From assembly GCA_964492465.1 (NCBI GenBank), contig CAZBKL010000002.1, forward strand, positions 1 to 35,446: a stretch of DNA of 35,446 nucleotides, given 5' to 3'. The position numbers were made by a program, and so were the translations under genes. The stretch comes from an uncultured archaeon. Lineage in GTDB: Archaea; Aenigmatarchaeota; Aenigmatarchaeia; GW2011-AR5; JAHLMP01. Of this stretch, positions 8,592 through 17,197 are shown piece by piece (position 1 is the first letter of the stretch; each line of letters starts with the position of its first letter). The notes under the pieces were generated by a model, which saw only the letters and a list, made by a program, of their open reading frames with translations, ran no database searches and had not been told where the DNA came from.

Positions 8592-9392
8592 TTATTTGCC
8601 TAAAGTCTGATATCTTTTAAGAATTTCTTCGTAATCAGGCTTTTTCTTTTTTATCAGGAAATCAATGAATTTCCTATCACCGCCATGGATTGAAACGCCA
8701 AGCCTGCATGAATTTTCTATTGCCATTTCCAGGTATTTTTTTGCTTCTTCTGAAGAGCTCTTGTATTTGCTATCTGCCTGGCGAATCGCACTGCTTACGC
8801 TTATTTCATAAGCTTTTTTCAGTATTTTCTTTTTTTCTTTACTAATATCGATTCCGTTATTTTCTGCAACACGCTCTGCTTCCATGATGTCATAGGATAT
8901 TGATGTTGTTGCCATACGATAATTTTCAGGCTTTAATGTTTCGAGGCTATCTGCGCATTCTGTTGCATTTGCCATGTGCCTTTTAACTTTTTTCTCTGCT
9001 AGATCAGGCAAGGATTCTTCGACTGCTTTTTTATATTTTGAAAAATCATCAATTTTTGTTTGTGTTAGATAAGACAAGAGGTCCAAGCTTCTCCAGTAAT
9101 TGCCTGTGCTTTCTTCCTTTGCTTTTTTTATTTTATTTTCGAGCCCAGCACAACCCATATCATAGATTCTTTTATACCCCCTTTCCTTTGCTTCCAGAGC
9201 AGCCATCTCAATATCCATCAATTTGTTTGTGCATAGAGGAGCGGGGGCGTCTTTCAAAGCATTTTCCAGCATACATGCAAGCACTTCGTCATACACAAAT
9301 TCTTTGGGAATATAGTGCGTTCTTAGGTGGGATGCTGTCCAGCCGAATGTTTTAACAACATTCAAGAACTCCTCTTTGCTTATGTATCCCAT
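8592..9392 (-). CDS. Hypothetical all-helical protein
   Basis: 266-aa ORF, K/E-rich and helical. No motif recognised. Confidence 0.5.
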   Translation of the reverse strand: MGYISKEEFLNVVKTFGWTASHLRTHYIPKEFVYDEVLACMLENALKDAPAPLCTNKLMDIEMAALEAKERGYKRIYDMGCAGLENKIKKAKEESTGNYWRSLDLLSYLTQTKIDDFSKYKKAVEESLPDLAEKKVKRHMANATECADSLETLKPENYRMATTSISYDIMEAERVAENNGIDISKEKKKILKKAYEISVSSAIRQADSKYKSSSEEAKKYLEMAIENSCRLGVSIHGGDRKFIDFLIKKKKPDYEEILKRYQTLGK

Positions 9393-9619
9393 TTTATTGG
9401 TATGGAAGGAAATTTTTATAAATTCATATTTTTTTAACCACTTTTAAGTCATATAGAACGCGGCTGAAAATTGTCCAAACATGCGCTTAAATAGTCACTT
9501 GTCTCTATTATTTCAGAAAAGCGCGAGCTTTTTCATAGGATATGAACATGACGAGGAGCAGTTTTTTCTCAGTAATTATGAGTCGCTGTTTTCTTTCAGG
9601 CTCGTACCTATTAAAATTA

Positions 9620-9668
9620 AGGTGAAAACATTCGGAATGCTTTTTAGCATTCCGTGGTTTTAACACCT
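9620..9668 (+). promoter_or_regulatory. Leader hairpin that pairs an SD-like AGGTG with CACCT, upstream of the CxxC mini-gene
   Basis: AGGTG-AAAAC-(ATTC)-GGAATGC-TTTTTA-GCATTCC-(GTG)-GTTTT-(AA)-CACCT. The 13-mer ATTAAGGTGAAAA occurs twice (9617-9629 and 9678-9690). The second copy sits 6 nt upstream of the ATG at 9696. Confidence 0.35.
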
Positions 9669-9695
9669 CAAAAAAAGATTAAGGTGAAAAAAAGT

Positions 9696-9851
9696 ATGGC
9701 ATTTGGAAACAGAGGAGGTTTTGGAGGACCGAGAGAGATGAGCAAAGCGAAATGCTCTGATTGCGGAGCAGAGTGCGAGGTTCCTTTCAAGCCTGCCGAA
9801 GGTAGACCTGTTTACTGCAGGGACTGCTGGCAGAAACACAAGAAGTTCTAA
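9696..9851 (+). CDS. CxxC-x17-CxxC domain mini-protein (51 aa)
   Basis: MAFGNRGGFGGPREMSKAKCSDCGAECEVPFKPAEGRPVYCRDCWQKHKKF. There are exactly 17 residues between CSDC and CRDC, a GG-rich N-terminus, and AAGGTGA upstream. Confidence 0.75.
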   Translation: MAFGNRGGFGGPREMSKAKCSDCGAECEVPFKPAEGRPVYCRDCWQKHKKF

Positions 9852-9914
9852 GCAGCAGTTGGAAAAATAAAAGTTTGATGATTTTTTATTTTGTTTTTTC
9901 CATATTTCTTATTC

Positions 9915-10955
9915 ATGATAGCCCTCGATGGTTCAGAAGGGCACGGCGGAGGCTCTGTCCTTAGAATTGCTTCTGGCTTGGCTGCGCTTACGAGAACGCC
10001 CATAAAAGTGGAAAATATCAGGGCTAACAGGCCCAATCCCGGCATGCAGGCGCAGCACCTGAGCGGGCTGCGCGGTGTTGCGGATTTTTGCAAAGGAAAG
10101 CTTCTTGGAGACGAGCTCGGCTCAACAGAGATGGAATTTTATCCGGGAATAGAAACCAGGGATTACCTGTCAATATCAATACAGACAGCAGGTTCAGTCA
10201 GTTTAGCTTTGCAACCGATACTAATTGCTTCTGCCCTAAGCAGGAAGCGCATAAGAGTGAGCATGAACGGCGGCGGCACAATGGTGAAGTGGGCGCCGCC
10301 AACTGATTTTCTTGAGAATATCACTTTCAGGCTGCTGGAAAAAATGGGATTTAAAATCAGGCTGTTCATAACCAGGCACGGCTTTTACCCGGCAGGGGGC
10401 GCAAGGATTGAAGCTGATGTCAGTGTTCCGCATGAAATAATGCCCCTCTATGTTCCGGAGCGAGGGAAACTTTTCTTTTGCAAGGGAATTTCCTGCGCAG
10501 CATATGGCATGGAGTCCTTTGATGCCGCAGAAAATATGTCAACATCGTGCTCAGAAGCAATGGAAAAATATTTTTCTTCCAGAAATATCAAAATAAAGCC
10601 GGAAATAAAAAGCAGCTATGAAAAAACTGATTCAGAAGGCTGCTGCCTGACTTCTTGGGCAGAATCTGAGAACACGATAATAGGCGCGAGTGAAATAGGG
10701 GACAAAAAAGACTTGCCAGAAGAAATTGGAAAGAATGTTGCGCAGAATCTGGCGAGATTTCTTGATTCCGGAGCCACCCTTGACAGCAACTCTGCGGACC
10801 AGGTCCTGCCATTCATGGCCCTGGCAAAAGGCTCTGAAATAAAAATAGCAGAAATGACTGGCCATATAGAAACAAGCATTGCCCTGACAGAGAAATTCCT
10901 GAAGATGAAATTCAAGGTTGAAAAAGAAAATGATGGCATAAGGATAAGCTGCTGA
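9915..10955 (+). CDS. rtcA: RNA 3'-terminal phosphate cyclase
   Basis: From ATG 9915: MIALDGSEGHGGGSVLRIASGLAALTRTPIKVENIRANRPNPGMQAQHL. Also RHGFYPAGGA, ADQVLPFMALA and the nucleotidylated-His context MTGHIETSIALTEKF. The track start at 9891 is a TTG. Confidence 0.9.
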   Translation: MIALDGSEGHGGGSVLRIASGLAALTRTPIKVENIRANRPNPGMQAQHLSGLRGVADFCKGKLLGDELGSTEMEFYPGIETRDYLSISIQTAGSVSLALQPILIASALSRKRIRVSMNGGGTMVKWAPPTDFLENITFRLLEKMGFKIRLFITRHGFYPAGGARIEADVSVPHEIMPLYVPERGKLFFCKGISCAAYGMESFDAAENMSTSCSEAMEKYFSSRNIKIKPEIKSSYEKTDSEGCCLTSWAESENTIIGASEIGDKKDLPEEIGKNVAQNLARFLDSGATLDSNSADQVLPFMALAKGSEIKIAEMTGHIETSIALTEKFLKMKFKVEKENDGIRISC

Positions 10956-11060
10956 GGGAAATAGGGAAAGCGGAAAGCCGTCGCAAAGGCATGGCAAAAT
11001 TGACTGCCGCCACTGTTGTTAACAATTACTGCGGCGCGGCATTCTGTTTCCACTGACATT

Positions 11061-11357
11061 CTATCCGAAAATATTGCCGAATCCCTGCACTGCGTTGTCT
11101 TCCTCTTCCCTGATTTTTTCAATTATTGCTCTGGAATCATCTATTATTTCTGCTTTGTCTTTCAGAAGCTCTTTTGCCTGATGTACAGCCTGCTCGCTGC
11201 CGTCTATTATCATAATATAACAGTTTTCCAGACCAGAAATGCCCAGGCTTTCAGCAGCTCTGATGATAATGCTCTGCCTGTTTATCAGGTCGTCTGCTCT
11301 GACGAGATTCTCTGCTTCTGCCCGCTTGTCTGTGCTGATCCTGAACACTATTTTCAT
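11061..11357 (-). CDS. Small acidic protein with a stalk-P1-like C-terminal tail (function unknown)
   Basis: 98 aa ending in ...EKIREEEDNAVQGFGNIFG. It is divergent from aIF5A across an 81-nt spacer. Confidence 0.55.
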   Translation of the reverse strand: MKIVFRISTDKRAEAENLVRADDLINRQSIIIRAAESLGISGLENCYIMIIDGSEQAVHQAKELLKDKAEIIDDSRAIIEKIREEEDNAVQGFGNIFG

Positions 11358-11438
11358 GCCAACCGCTGATTTAGATAGTGAGGTATCATTTAAATAAATT
11401 ATCAGTCAAATAAGATGAATACATAGAGAGAGATTCTT

Positions 11439-11837
11439 ATGGAGCTTACAGAAACAAAATTGAATGAAATAAAAAAGTGCATGCCAGGCTCTTTTATCGT
11501 AATAGATGACGAGCCGTCTGTTGTTACAGACTTAAAAATTTCGAAACCCGGCAAGCATGGCGAGGCCAAAGCCAGGCTAGAAGCAGTTGGCATATTTGAC
11601 AACCAGAAACGCGTCCTTGTAAAGCCTGCTGACCATAAGATGAGGGTTCCTGTCATATTGAAGAAATCAGCTCAGGTTCTTGCCATATCAGGCGACCATG
11701 TCCAGCTCATGGACATGGAAACTTACGACACATTTGAAATAAACATTCCTGATGAATTCAAGGGAAAGCTCCAGGAGGGAAAAGAAGTTCTTGTATGGAA
11801 ATTCGGGGCAAAGATTCTGATAAAATCAATGAAGTAA
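11439..11837 (+). CDS. eif5a: Translation initiation factor 5A (aIF5A)
   Basis: 132 aa. Hypusine loop ISKPGKHGEAKARLEAVGIFD, with a C-terminal OB domain. Confidence 0.93.
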   Translation: MELTETKLNEIKKCMPGSFIVIDDEPSVVTDLKISKPGKHGEAKARLEAVGIFDNQKRVLVKPADHKMRVPVILKKSAQVLAISGDHVQLMDMETYDTFEINIPDEFKGKLQEGKEVLVWKFGAKILIKSMK

Positions 11838-11855
11838 TATTTCTGGCTGGAAAAA

Positions 11856-14800
11856 TTATTTTTTCCCTGTTCCATGGCTGCTGCTCAGCATGATTATATT
11901 TTTATTTACCTGTCCCAGTCTTTCCCTGTGCTTTTTCAACACCAGTACATACTCGCTTTTTGGCATCTCCCTGAGCAGAAAATACCTCTTCTGAATGTTC
12001 TTTACCTGATATTCTATATTTGCTTTCTCCTCCCTTAGCTTTGCGATTTTTTTGTTTCTTCTCTCGATTTCAGTCAGCTTATATACCATGAGAAGCGAGA
12101 TCGCTGCTACGCCCAAGATTGCTGCAATGCCCTCCCAATTCTGCCTTAATGCCAATATAATATTGTCTTTTTCTGATGCCTCTACTGTCTTCTTAATAAG
12201 CAACGCATTTTCTGCCTCGTCCAATGCATTTATGGATTTTTGGAAATAATCTTCCGCATCTTCGTATATTTCCGAAATGAAAGCTTCCAGACCTCTCTTG
12301 AAAAGCTCATCTGCAGGTGTGGTATTTACGCCTCTTTTTTCAGAATCCTGCATCTTTCCCTCAACCACATCTATGAGCTGGTTTGCAGACACAGCAGCAT
12401 CCTTTATGGTTTTCACATAAAGGGCAAGGGAAACTGCATTCAGGTACCTTCCCTGATACATCATAAGTTTCGCATCAGTGAGAGTGTCATTCATCCTTTT
12501 TATCCCGAAGCCGGATGCCTGTGCTTCCTTTATCAGAGATTCGGCCACGATGATTGCGTCTTTTGCGTGCTGCTCATCTGCGGCAGATGTTTGATTCATT
12601 GCCAGATTAGAAGCTGCATAAGCAGGCGCTGTTAGGGAAATGAGGAAAAAAACCAGCATAAGCGAAAGCCATATCTTCCTGCTGCCATTCTGCGGCTTCT
12701 TTTCTGTTTCTGCGAGCTCTTTCCTGAGCTCGTTCATGGTATTCCTGTAAATCTTTTTGCTGATTGCCCTGCGCTCATAATAGTTTCTCTGCGCCTCCTC
12801 TATCATGCTGATTATGCTGGCTCTCTTTCTCTCGTTGCTGAAAACGGAAAATCCAAAAAATCCCTTTCTCACAGGCTCAAGAGAAGCCTGCTCCTTCTTT
12901 ATCATTGCAAGCCTTTTCTCATACATTTTCCCCTCGTCTTCGAATTCAGACTTTCCTATTGTTCTGGACTGGAAAAACCTGCTTTGCAGCGATTTCAGAA
13001 GCGATGTTATTATCATTTCCTCGTTTTTCAGGGATATCAACTTTTTGATTCTCTTTCTGACCGCGACATGCCTATAGATTAATATTATAGACGCAACTGC
13101 GACAGCAAAAATAACAGCAGCAATTTTCCAGTTTTTTTCTATTGCTTCTGCTACAACAATCTGGTTGCCGACTTCTAAGCCGTACGCAAGAAAAGCTCCC
13201 GAAGCCCGTTCTTCAGCTCTTTTATAGTCGCCCCGCGCAAATGCCGAGAGCGCAAGTTCATGCAGCTTCTCGGTTTCGTTGGTTGATATTTTATAGATGG
13301 CTGCCTTATCCAGCTTTTGAGAAACTTCTTTTATCAGGGAGTCGGCAGCAAATGCCTGCTCCTGTATTTCAATTATTTTTTCAGCCAGTTCCTTTGCCGT
13401 GTCATAATCAAAATCTGCCATGCTCGCCCTTGTCTGGTTCGCAAGGTTCTCCACATTTTTCACATCCATGCCCAGGGTTTTCATCTTTTCTATCCCATAT
13501 TTGGCAGCTGAGACGAGGCTTGTTGTCTGGTTCTCATCAACGCTGTGAACAAAGACTGTTATTGTTGAGATGGCTCTTACTGTTGTCTCGTTTTCCTCAT
13601 AATTCAGGCGCTTTGCTTTGCCTGCTGCCTGGAGCGATAAATTATACGGCCCGTATTTCATGTATTGCGGGATTGCGAGCTCTATATGGAAACTTTTATC
13701 ATATCCAAAAGAAATGTTTTTCAAAATGATTGGAGTTATTTTTATCTGGCTGGGCGGGTAGCCGGATATGAGGAGCTCTACGCTGTTCATAATTGTTTTG
13801 TTCTCTGTGTTGCGCACAAGAACATCAAAATAGATTGTTCTGTTCCTGTAGCCATCAACGCGGGGCTTGTTCGATAATGAAAAAGCATATTTTTGCTGGG
13901 GTGCCTGAAATCCAACGTACGCCGGCACAGAGCTGGGTGAGCTTCCGCTTTGGGGCGCGGAACATTCTGCATCGTTTGCATAATTGCAGCCGTTGCCGCA
14001 AGCGCCGTCACCGCTTACGCAATTGACAAGAATATCCTGGCATTTTGTATGGTTGCCGTTCTCGTCCCTGCTCACGTTTATGCACACCGAGGCGACGCCA
14101 CTTGCAGCTGAGCTGCCGACAATCATGGTGATGTTGCTTGTGTTTGATACAAGCGGGCTCATGTCACCGAAATCCTGACTGAGCCCTCCTGATGTGTTGA
14201 GCCAGCCAGGAGGAAAGCTCCAGTTGAGCATGACGTTGTGCGCAGTCTCGTTTCCGATATTTCTTATAGTAACAGACATGTTCACGCCTGCCTGGCTGTG
14301 GCTGACCTGGGAAGGCATGCTGTCTATTATTATGTCAATGAAAGGGCCGCCGGTGTATGTATTCATAATGATAGAAGTGACTGCTGAGAGGGGCGAAGCT
14401 GTCTTTGAAGGATTTGTTGGCTGGGCTGATATGTTGATTGCCATTATGCCTGAGCTGTCATAACTCGCGAACTGGGCTGTTATATTCACATCCCTGCTCA
14501 TCTTTGCCGGAACATCAAACGGGTTGGTTGTATTATATGAATACAACCTCGGCCAGTTGTTCAGCAGGGTTATCGCAAGAGTTCCGTCGCCGGTATTGTT
14601 TATTGAAAGCACCCCCACATAGCTTTCGTTGTTGAAGTATCCCTGGGCTGTGGTGTTGGAAATGTTTGCCGTCCATGTATAATCCCAGGTTGAATTGAAG
14701 CTTGCTGATTGGCTTGTGTTATAATGGCTTTGCGTGTCATTGGCAAATATCCGGTAGTAATATATCCTCTCGGGGTCTGTGGTGTTTATTGTTGTGAAAG

Positions 14801-16091
14801 ACGCATTCCATGTGTCGCTGCTGGTGTTTGACATTGTAAGATTAACCCAGTCCACGTCATACTTGTACTGGAATGTCACATTGCTTATGTTGGAAATGCT
14901 TGTTATGTTTGCTGTCACATTTAATGTGACGCCAGGGTCAATGTCATCTGGTGAATTCGGGGAAAATTGTATCCAGTTCACTCTTGGCGGAGACGATACA
15001 TCCTGAAACAGGCTGAAATTGTTCCCGCCCCATGACTGGGACTCATTATCCTGTGCGAGACAGTTCCATTTATAAATCCCATCAGGAACGTTTGCCAGCG
15101 AGAAATTTGCAGAAACATTCCTATGGTCTGCGCTGCCCTCTGCCCAGGCAGAGCTTATTTCTGCCTCGCTCCTGTGCCTATTTGACATTCTCAGCTCATC
15201 GAAGACTGAATTTGAATGGTACTCCCCGTTTGCATCGCTTCCCAGGAACAGGTATTGCCCAAAGTATTCTGTTGCTAATTCACCGGGAAAATAATTTGAG
15301 CTTGATGATATGTTCGACCCGTCTATGAAAACATTTGTCCCGAGTTCATTGTCCTGCTGGCTGGAGTACCACATGGCTGATATAAAATGCCATTCTCCCA
15401 TGTTCCAGCTTGATATACCTGATAATGATATGGTTTCGTATACGCTGTCGTCACTAAGCCTGAGCATAAACCTGAAATAAAGGATATTGCTGCTGGAATA
15501 CATATCTATGTTCGAAGCTACTGTTCCGGTGTCAAAAAGCCAGTAAACGTTGGCAGATGCCGGGTCAAACCCCACCTTGATCCAGAACTCACTGGAACCG
15601 TTGGCTGAGAGGATGCCTGAAGTATTGTATTTCAATGTGCCCGGACTGCTTACTGCTACACCCTGCAAAGACTTTCCCTGCTCAAAGGATGTGGAATCAT
15701 TTATGCCTGTTCCGCCGTCGCATGCATAGGTGTTGTCAAAATGGCATAGCAGCGTTGTGCTTGAATCTTTCTCAATGCCTGTAAGCCTTTTTGTCCAGTT
15801 CAGGGAGAAATTTCCGCTTATATCATTATAAAACGAGACTGCGGAAATGTTGTTCTCCGAGGATGCATTGCAGTAAAATGCCACAACGCTCTGGTTTGAC
15901 AGGCTCGCATTTTGCGGGCTGGTCAGGTTTACAGCGGGCGCAGCCATTGCAACTGGTAAAAATAAAATAAGGAACAGCAAAAGGTATTTCACTTTCGCTT
16001 CAATGCACAGACTCTTTAAGCCTGTGATTAATATGCTCAGTTGAAGCGAAAGGGATACACCACCCTTCGGGGTGGTGAGATTCACTGGCAT
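11856..16091 (-). CDS. Giant (1411 aa) sequon-rich surface protein: signal peptide, LamG domain, CARDB-like beta domains, Cys-knot motif, then two copies of a helical stalk + TM + cytoplasmic module
   Basis: Likely signal peptide (V)KYLLLFLILFLPVAMA-AP at aa 34-50; a GTG at 15992 is an alternative start. LamG signature NSVFDELRMSNRHRSEAEI near aa 295-312. CARDB-like MSVTIRNIGNETAHNVMLNWSFPPGW. CVSGDGACGNGCNYANDAEC. TM segments at aa ~988-1006, ~1139-1158 and ~1319-1337. Confidence 0.85.
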   Translation of the reverse strand: MPVNLTTPKGGVSLSLQLSILITGLKSLCIEAKVKYLLLFLILFLPVAMAAPAVNLTSPQNASLSNQSVVAFYCNASSENNISAVSFYNDISGNFSLNWTKRLTGIEKDSSTTLLCHFDNTYACDGGTGINDSTSFEQGKSLQGVAVSSPGTLKYNTSGILSANGSSEFWIKVGFDPASANVYWLFDTGTVASNIDMYSSSNILYFRFMLRLSDDSVYETISLSGISSWNMGEWHFISAMWYSSQQDNELGTNVFIDGSNISSSSNYFPGELATEYFGQYLFLGSDANGEYHSNSVFDELRMSNRHRSEAEISSAWAEGSADHRNVSANFSLANVPDGIYKWNCLAQDNESQSWGGNNFSLFQDVSSPPRVNWIQFSPNSPDDIDPGVTLNVTANITSISNISNVTFQYKYDVDWVNLTMSNTSSDTWNASFTTINTTDPERIYYYRIFANDTQSHYNTSQSASFNSTWDYTWTANISNTTAQGYFNNESYVGVLSINNTGDGTLAITLLNNWPRLYSYNTTNPFDVPAKMSRDVNITAQFASYDSSGIMAINISAQPTNPSKTASPLSAVTSIIMNTYTGGPFIDIIIDSMPSQVSHSQAGVNMSVTIRNIGNETAHNVMLNWSFPPGWLNTSGGLSQDFGDMSPLVSNTSNITMIVGSSAASGVASVCINVSRDENGNHTKCQDILVNCVSGDGACGNGCNYANDAECSAPQSGSSPSSVPAYVGFQAPQQKYAFSLSNKPRVDGYRNRTIYFDVLVRNTENKTIMNSVELLISGYPPSQIKITPIILKNISFGYDKSFHIELAIPQYMKYGPYNLSLQAAGKAKRLNYEENETTVRAISTITVFVHSVDENQTTSLVSAAKYGIEKMKTLGMDVKNVENLANQTRASMADFDYDTAKELAEKIIEIQEQAFAADSLIKEVSQKLDKAAIYKISTNETEKLHELALSAFARGDYKRAEERASGAFLAYGLEVGNQIVVAEAIEKNWKIAAVIFAVAVASIILIYRHVAVRKRIKKLISLKNEEMIITSLLKSLQSRFFQSRTIGKSEFEDEGKMYEKRLAMIKKEQASLEPVRKGFFGFSVFSNERKRASIISMIEEAQRNYYERRAISKKIYRNTMNELRKELAETEKKPQNGSRKIWLSLMLVFFLISLTAPAYAASNLAMNQTSAADEQHAKDAIIVAESLIKEAQASGFGIKRMNDTLTDAKLMMYQGRYLNAVSLALYVKTIKDAAVSANQLIDVVEGKMQDSEKRGVNTTPADELFKRGLEAFISEIYEDAEDYFQKSINALDEAENALLIKKTVEASEKDNIILALRQNWEGIAAILGVAAISLLMVYKLTEIERRNKKIAKLREEKANIEYQVKNIQKRYFLLREMPKSEYVLVLKKHRERLGQVNKNIIMLSSSHGTGKK
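16058..16077. other. Perfect 8-bp GC-rich hairpin CACCACCC-TTCG-GGGTGGTG (cUUCGg loop on the + strand)
   Basis: Read directly. It lies inside the first 12 codons of the maximal giant ORF and upstream of the alternative GTG start at 15992. Confidence 0.5.
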
Positions 16092-16126
16092 ATTATAGAG
16101 TTTGATTTTCCTGAATTATAAAATGA

Positions 16127-16172
16127 TGTATAAACATATTGTATAAACATTTAGCTTATTTTGTATAAACAT
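16127..16172 (-). promoter_or_regulatory. Three direct copies of an 11-mer (TGTATAAACAT on +, ATGTTTATACA on -) upstream of the giant surface-protein gene
   Basis: Exact copies at 16127-16137, 16140-16150 and 16162-16172. The sense-strand core TTTATA is TATA-box-like. Confidence 0.5.
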
Positions 16173-16174
16173 CG

Positions 16175-16200
16175 TTTCATGATTGTTTTTTATCATGAAA
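16175..16200 (-). terminator. Hairpin TTTCATGAT-(8 nt)-ATCATGAAA just after the KaiC-like gene stop
   Basis: The 9-bp inverted repeat was read directly. It lies 6 nt downstream of the stop at 16206-16208 on the minus strand. Confidence 0.4.
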
Positions 16201-16205
16201 GCGCT

Positions 16206-17114
16206 TTATTCGGTTTTGCCGAATACCTCCTGCTCAGGGAAGACCTCCATACCTTTCTTGGAAGTTATTCTCATGGCAACCACTTTCTTAATGTGCTTTG
16301 CGCCGCGCATCTTCAGTACCTCAATTGCGCTCTCACGAATGTTGCCTGTCCTTTTATTGTAGAGAACTATAACGCCGTCAGCCAAGAATTCCTCAACGCC
16401 TGTCGGGCTAAATACGTCCGGAAACTGTGAAGTTTCAGTGATCAGGAACGATGTTACGCCCAAGCTTTCAAAATACCTGAAAAGGTGCTCTATGTAACTC
16501 CTGTAGCTTTCCCTACCCGAGAATGCTGATGCCACAGCAGTCAGTGAGTCAACAATGATTATATCAGGTGTGAAATTTTTAGGCAACAATATTGGGTTTA
16601 CGTCAATAAGAAGCTCGCCCTGAGACTTTGCCATCATCGCCTCAAGGGTCCTGCCTATGTCGAAAATGCTGAATCTCTTTATAACCAGCCTGCTGCTCAT
16701 ATTGTCTGTTTTCCACCCAAAATCTCTCATATGCTCCCTGAGCCGCTCCTCAGATTCCTCAAAGGTCATGTAAAGGCAGTTCTTACCCTTTTTTACGGCA
16801 TTGAGTATCATTTGCAGGCACATTATGGTCTTACCAGAGCCTGCGCCGCCAGAAATAAGTACAGAAGCTCCTTTTGGAATACCCTTTTCAAAAAGCTTGT
16901 CAAACCCTTCTATGCCCGTGAGAAGGTATTCACGCGGTTTTTCAGTGGCAGAAGCGCTGCTTTTTATTTTTTTCACGTTGTGCGACGATGCCAAAGCCTT
17001 TTCCTTGATATTGCTTTTTTCCCGCCTTTTGGTTCCCTGGCTCTTTTTTTGGGTTTTCTTTGGGTTATTGACAGGGTGCTTCTTCAGCGCCTTTGGCATA
17101 TATGTCATTATCAA
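16206..17114 (-). CDS. KaiC/RadA-like single-domain RecA-superfamily ATPase with a basic N-terminal extension
   Basis: 302 aa. TGIEGFDKLFEKGIPKGASVLISGGAGSGKTIMCLQ (Walker A) and IIIVDSLT (Walker B). The first ~55 aa are K/S-rich. The track start is a TTG; the first ATG is at 17108. Confidence 0.85.
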   Translation of the reverse strand: MIMTYMPKALKKHPVNNPKKTQKKSQGTKRREKSNIKEKALASSHNVKKIKSSASATEKPREYLLTGIEGFDKLFEKGIPKGASVLISGGAGSGKTIMCLQMILNAVKKGKNCLYMTFEESEERLREHMRDFGWKTDNMSSRLVIKRFSIFDIGRTLEAMMAKSQGELLIDVNPILLPKNFTPDIIIVDSLTAVASAFSGRESYRSYIEHLFRYFESLGVTSFLITETSQFPDVFSPTGVEEFLADGVIVLYNKRTGNIRESAIEVLKMRGAKHIKKVVAMRITSKKGMEVFPEQEVFGKTE

Positions 17115-17197
17115 TCTGGGCGTATATAAATCATGCTAAAATTGTGCAATTGTTTAAACATAATGCTTATCAACCCAAAAAGACAATAATTAATTGT

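Noticed and set aside
9481-9663. 60-aa plus-strand ORF in the 300-nt spacer before the CxxC gene
   Set aside because: It has hydrophobic low-complexity composition, no ribosome-binding context, and runs through the leader hairpin. It is more likely non-coding.
9915-10955. Possibility that this is an Rcl1-like, catalytically inactive cyclase
   Set aside because: On re-alignment the nucleotidylated histidine is present (MTGHIETS, equivalent to E. coli SCHLLTN). The residue I first thought was missing belongs to the upstream ADQ motif.
10616-11122. 168-aa and 121-aa minus-strand ORFs overlapping the 3' half of rtcA
   Set aside because: They are antisense shadows of a gene with strong RtcA motifs and have no motifs of their own.
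13142-13729. 195-aa plus-strand ORF, and many shorter ones between 12052 and 15328
   Set aside because: All lie antisense inside the 1411-aa surface-protein gene, and their composition is low-complexity (L/S/R/Q-rich).
16041-16080. GTTGAAGCGAAAGGGATACACCACCCTTCGGGGTGGTGAGAT looked like a CRISPR repeat
   Set aside because: It is a single copy only. The window has no spacer-repeat periodicity and no cas genes.
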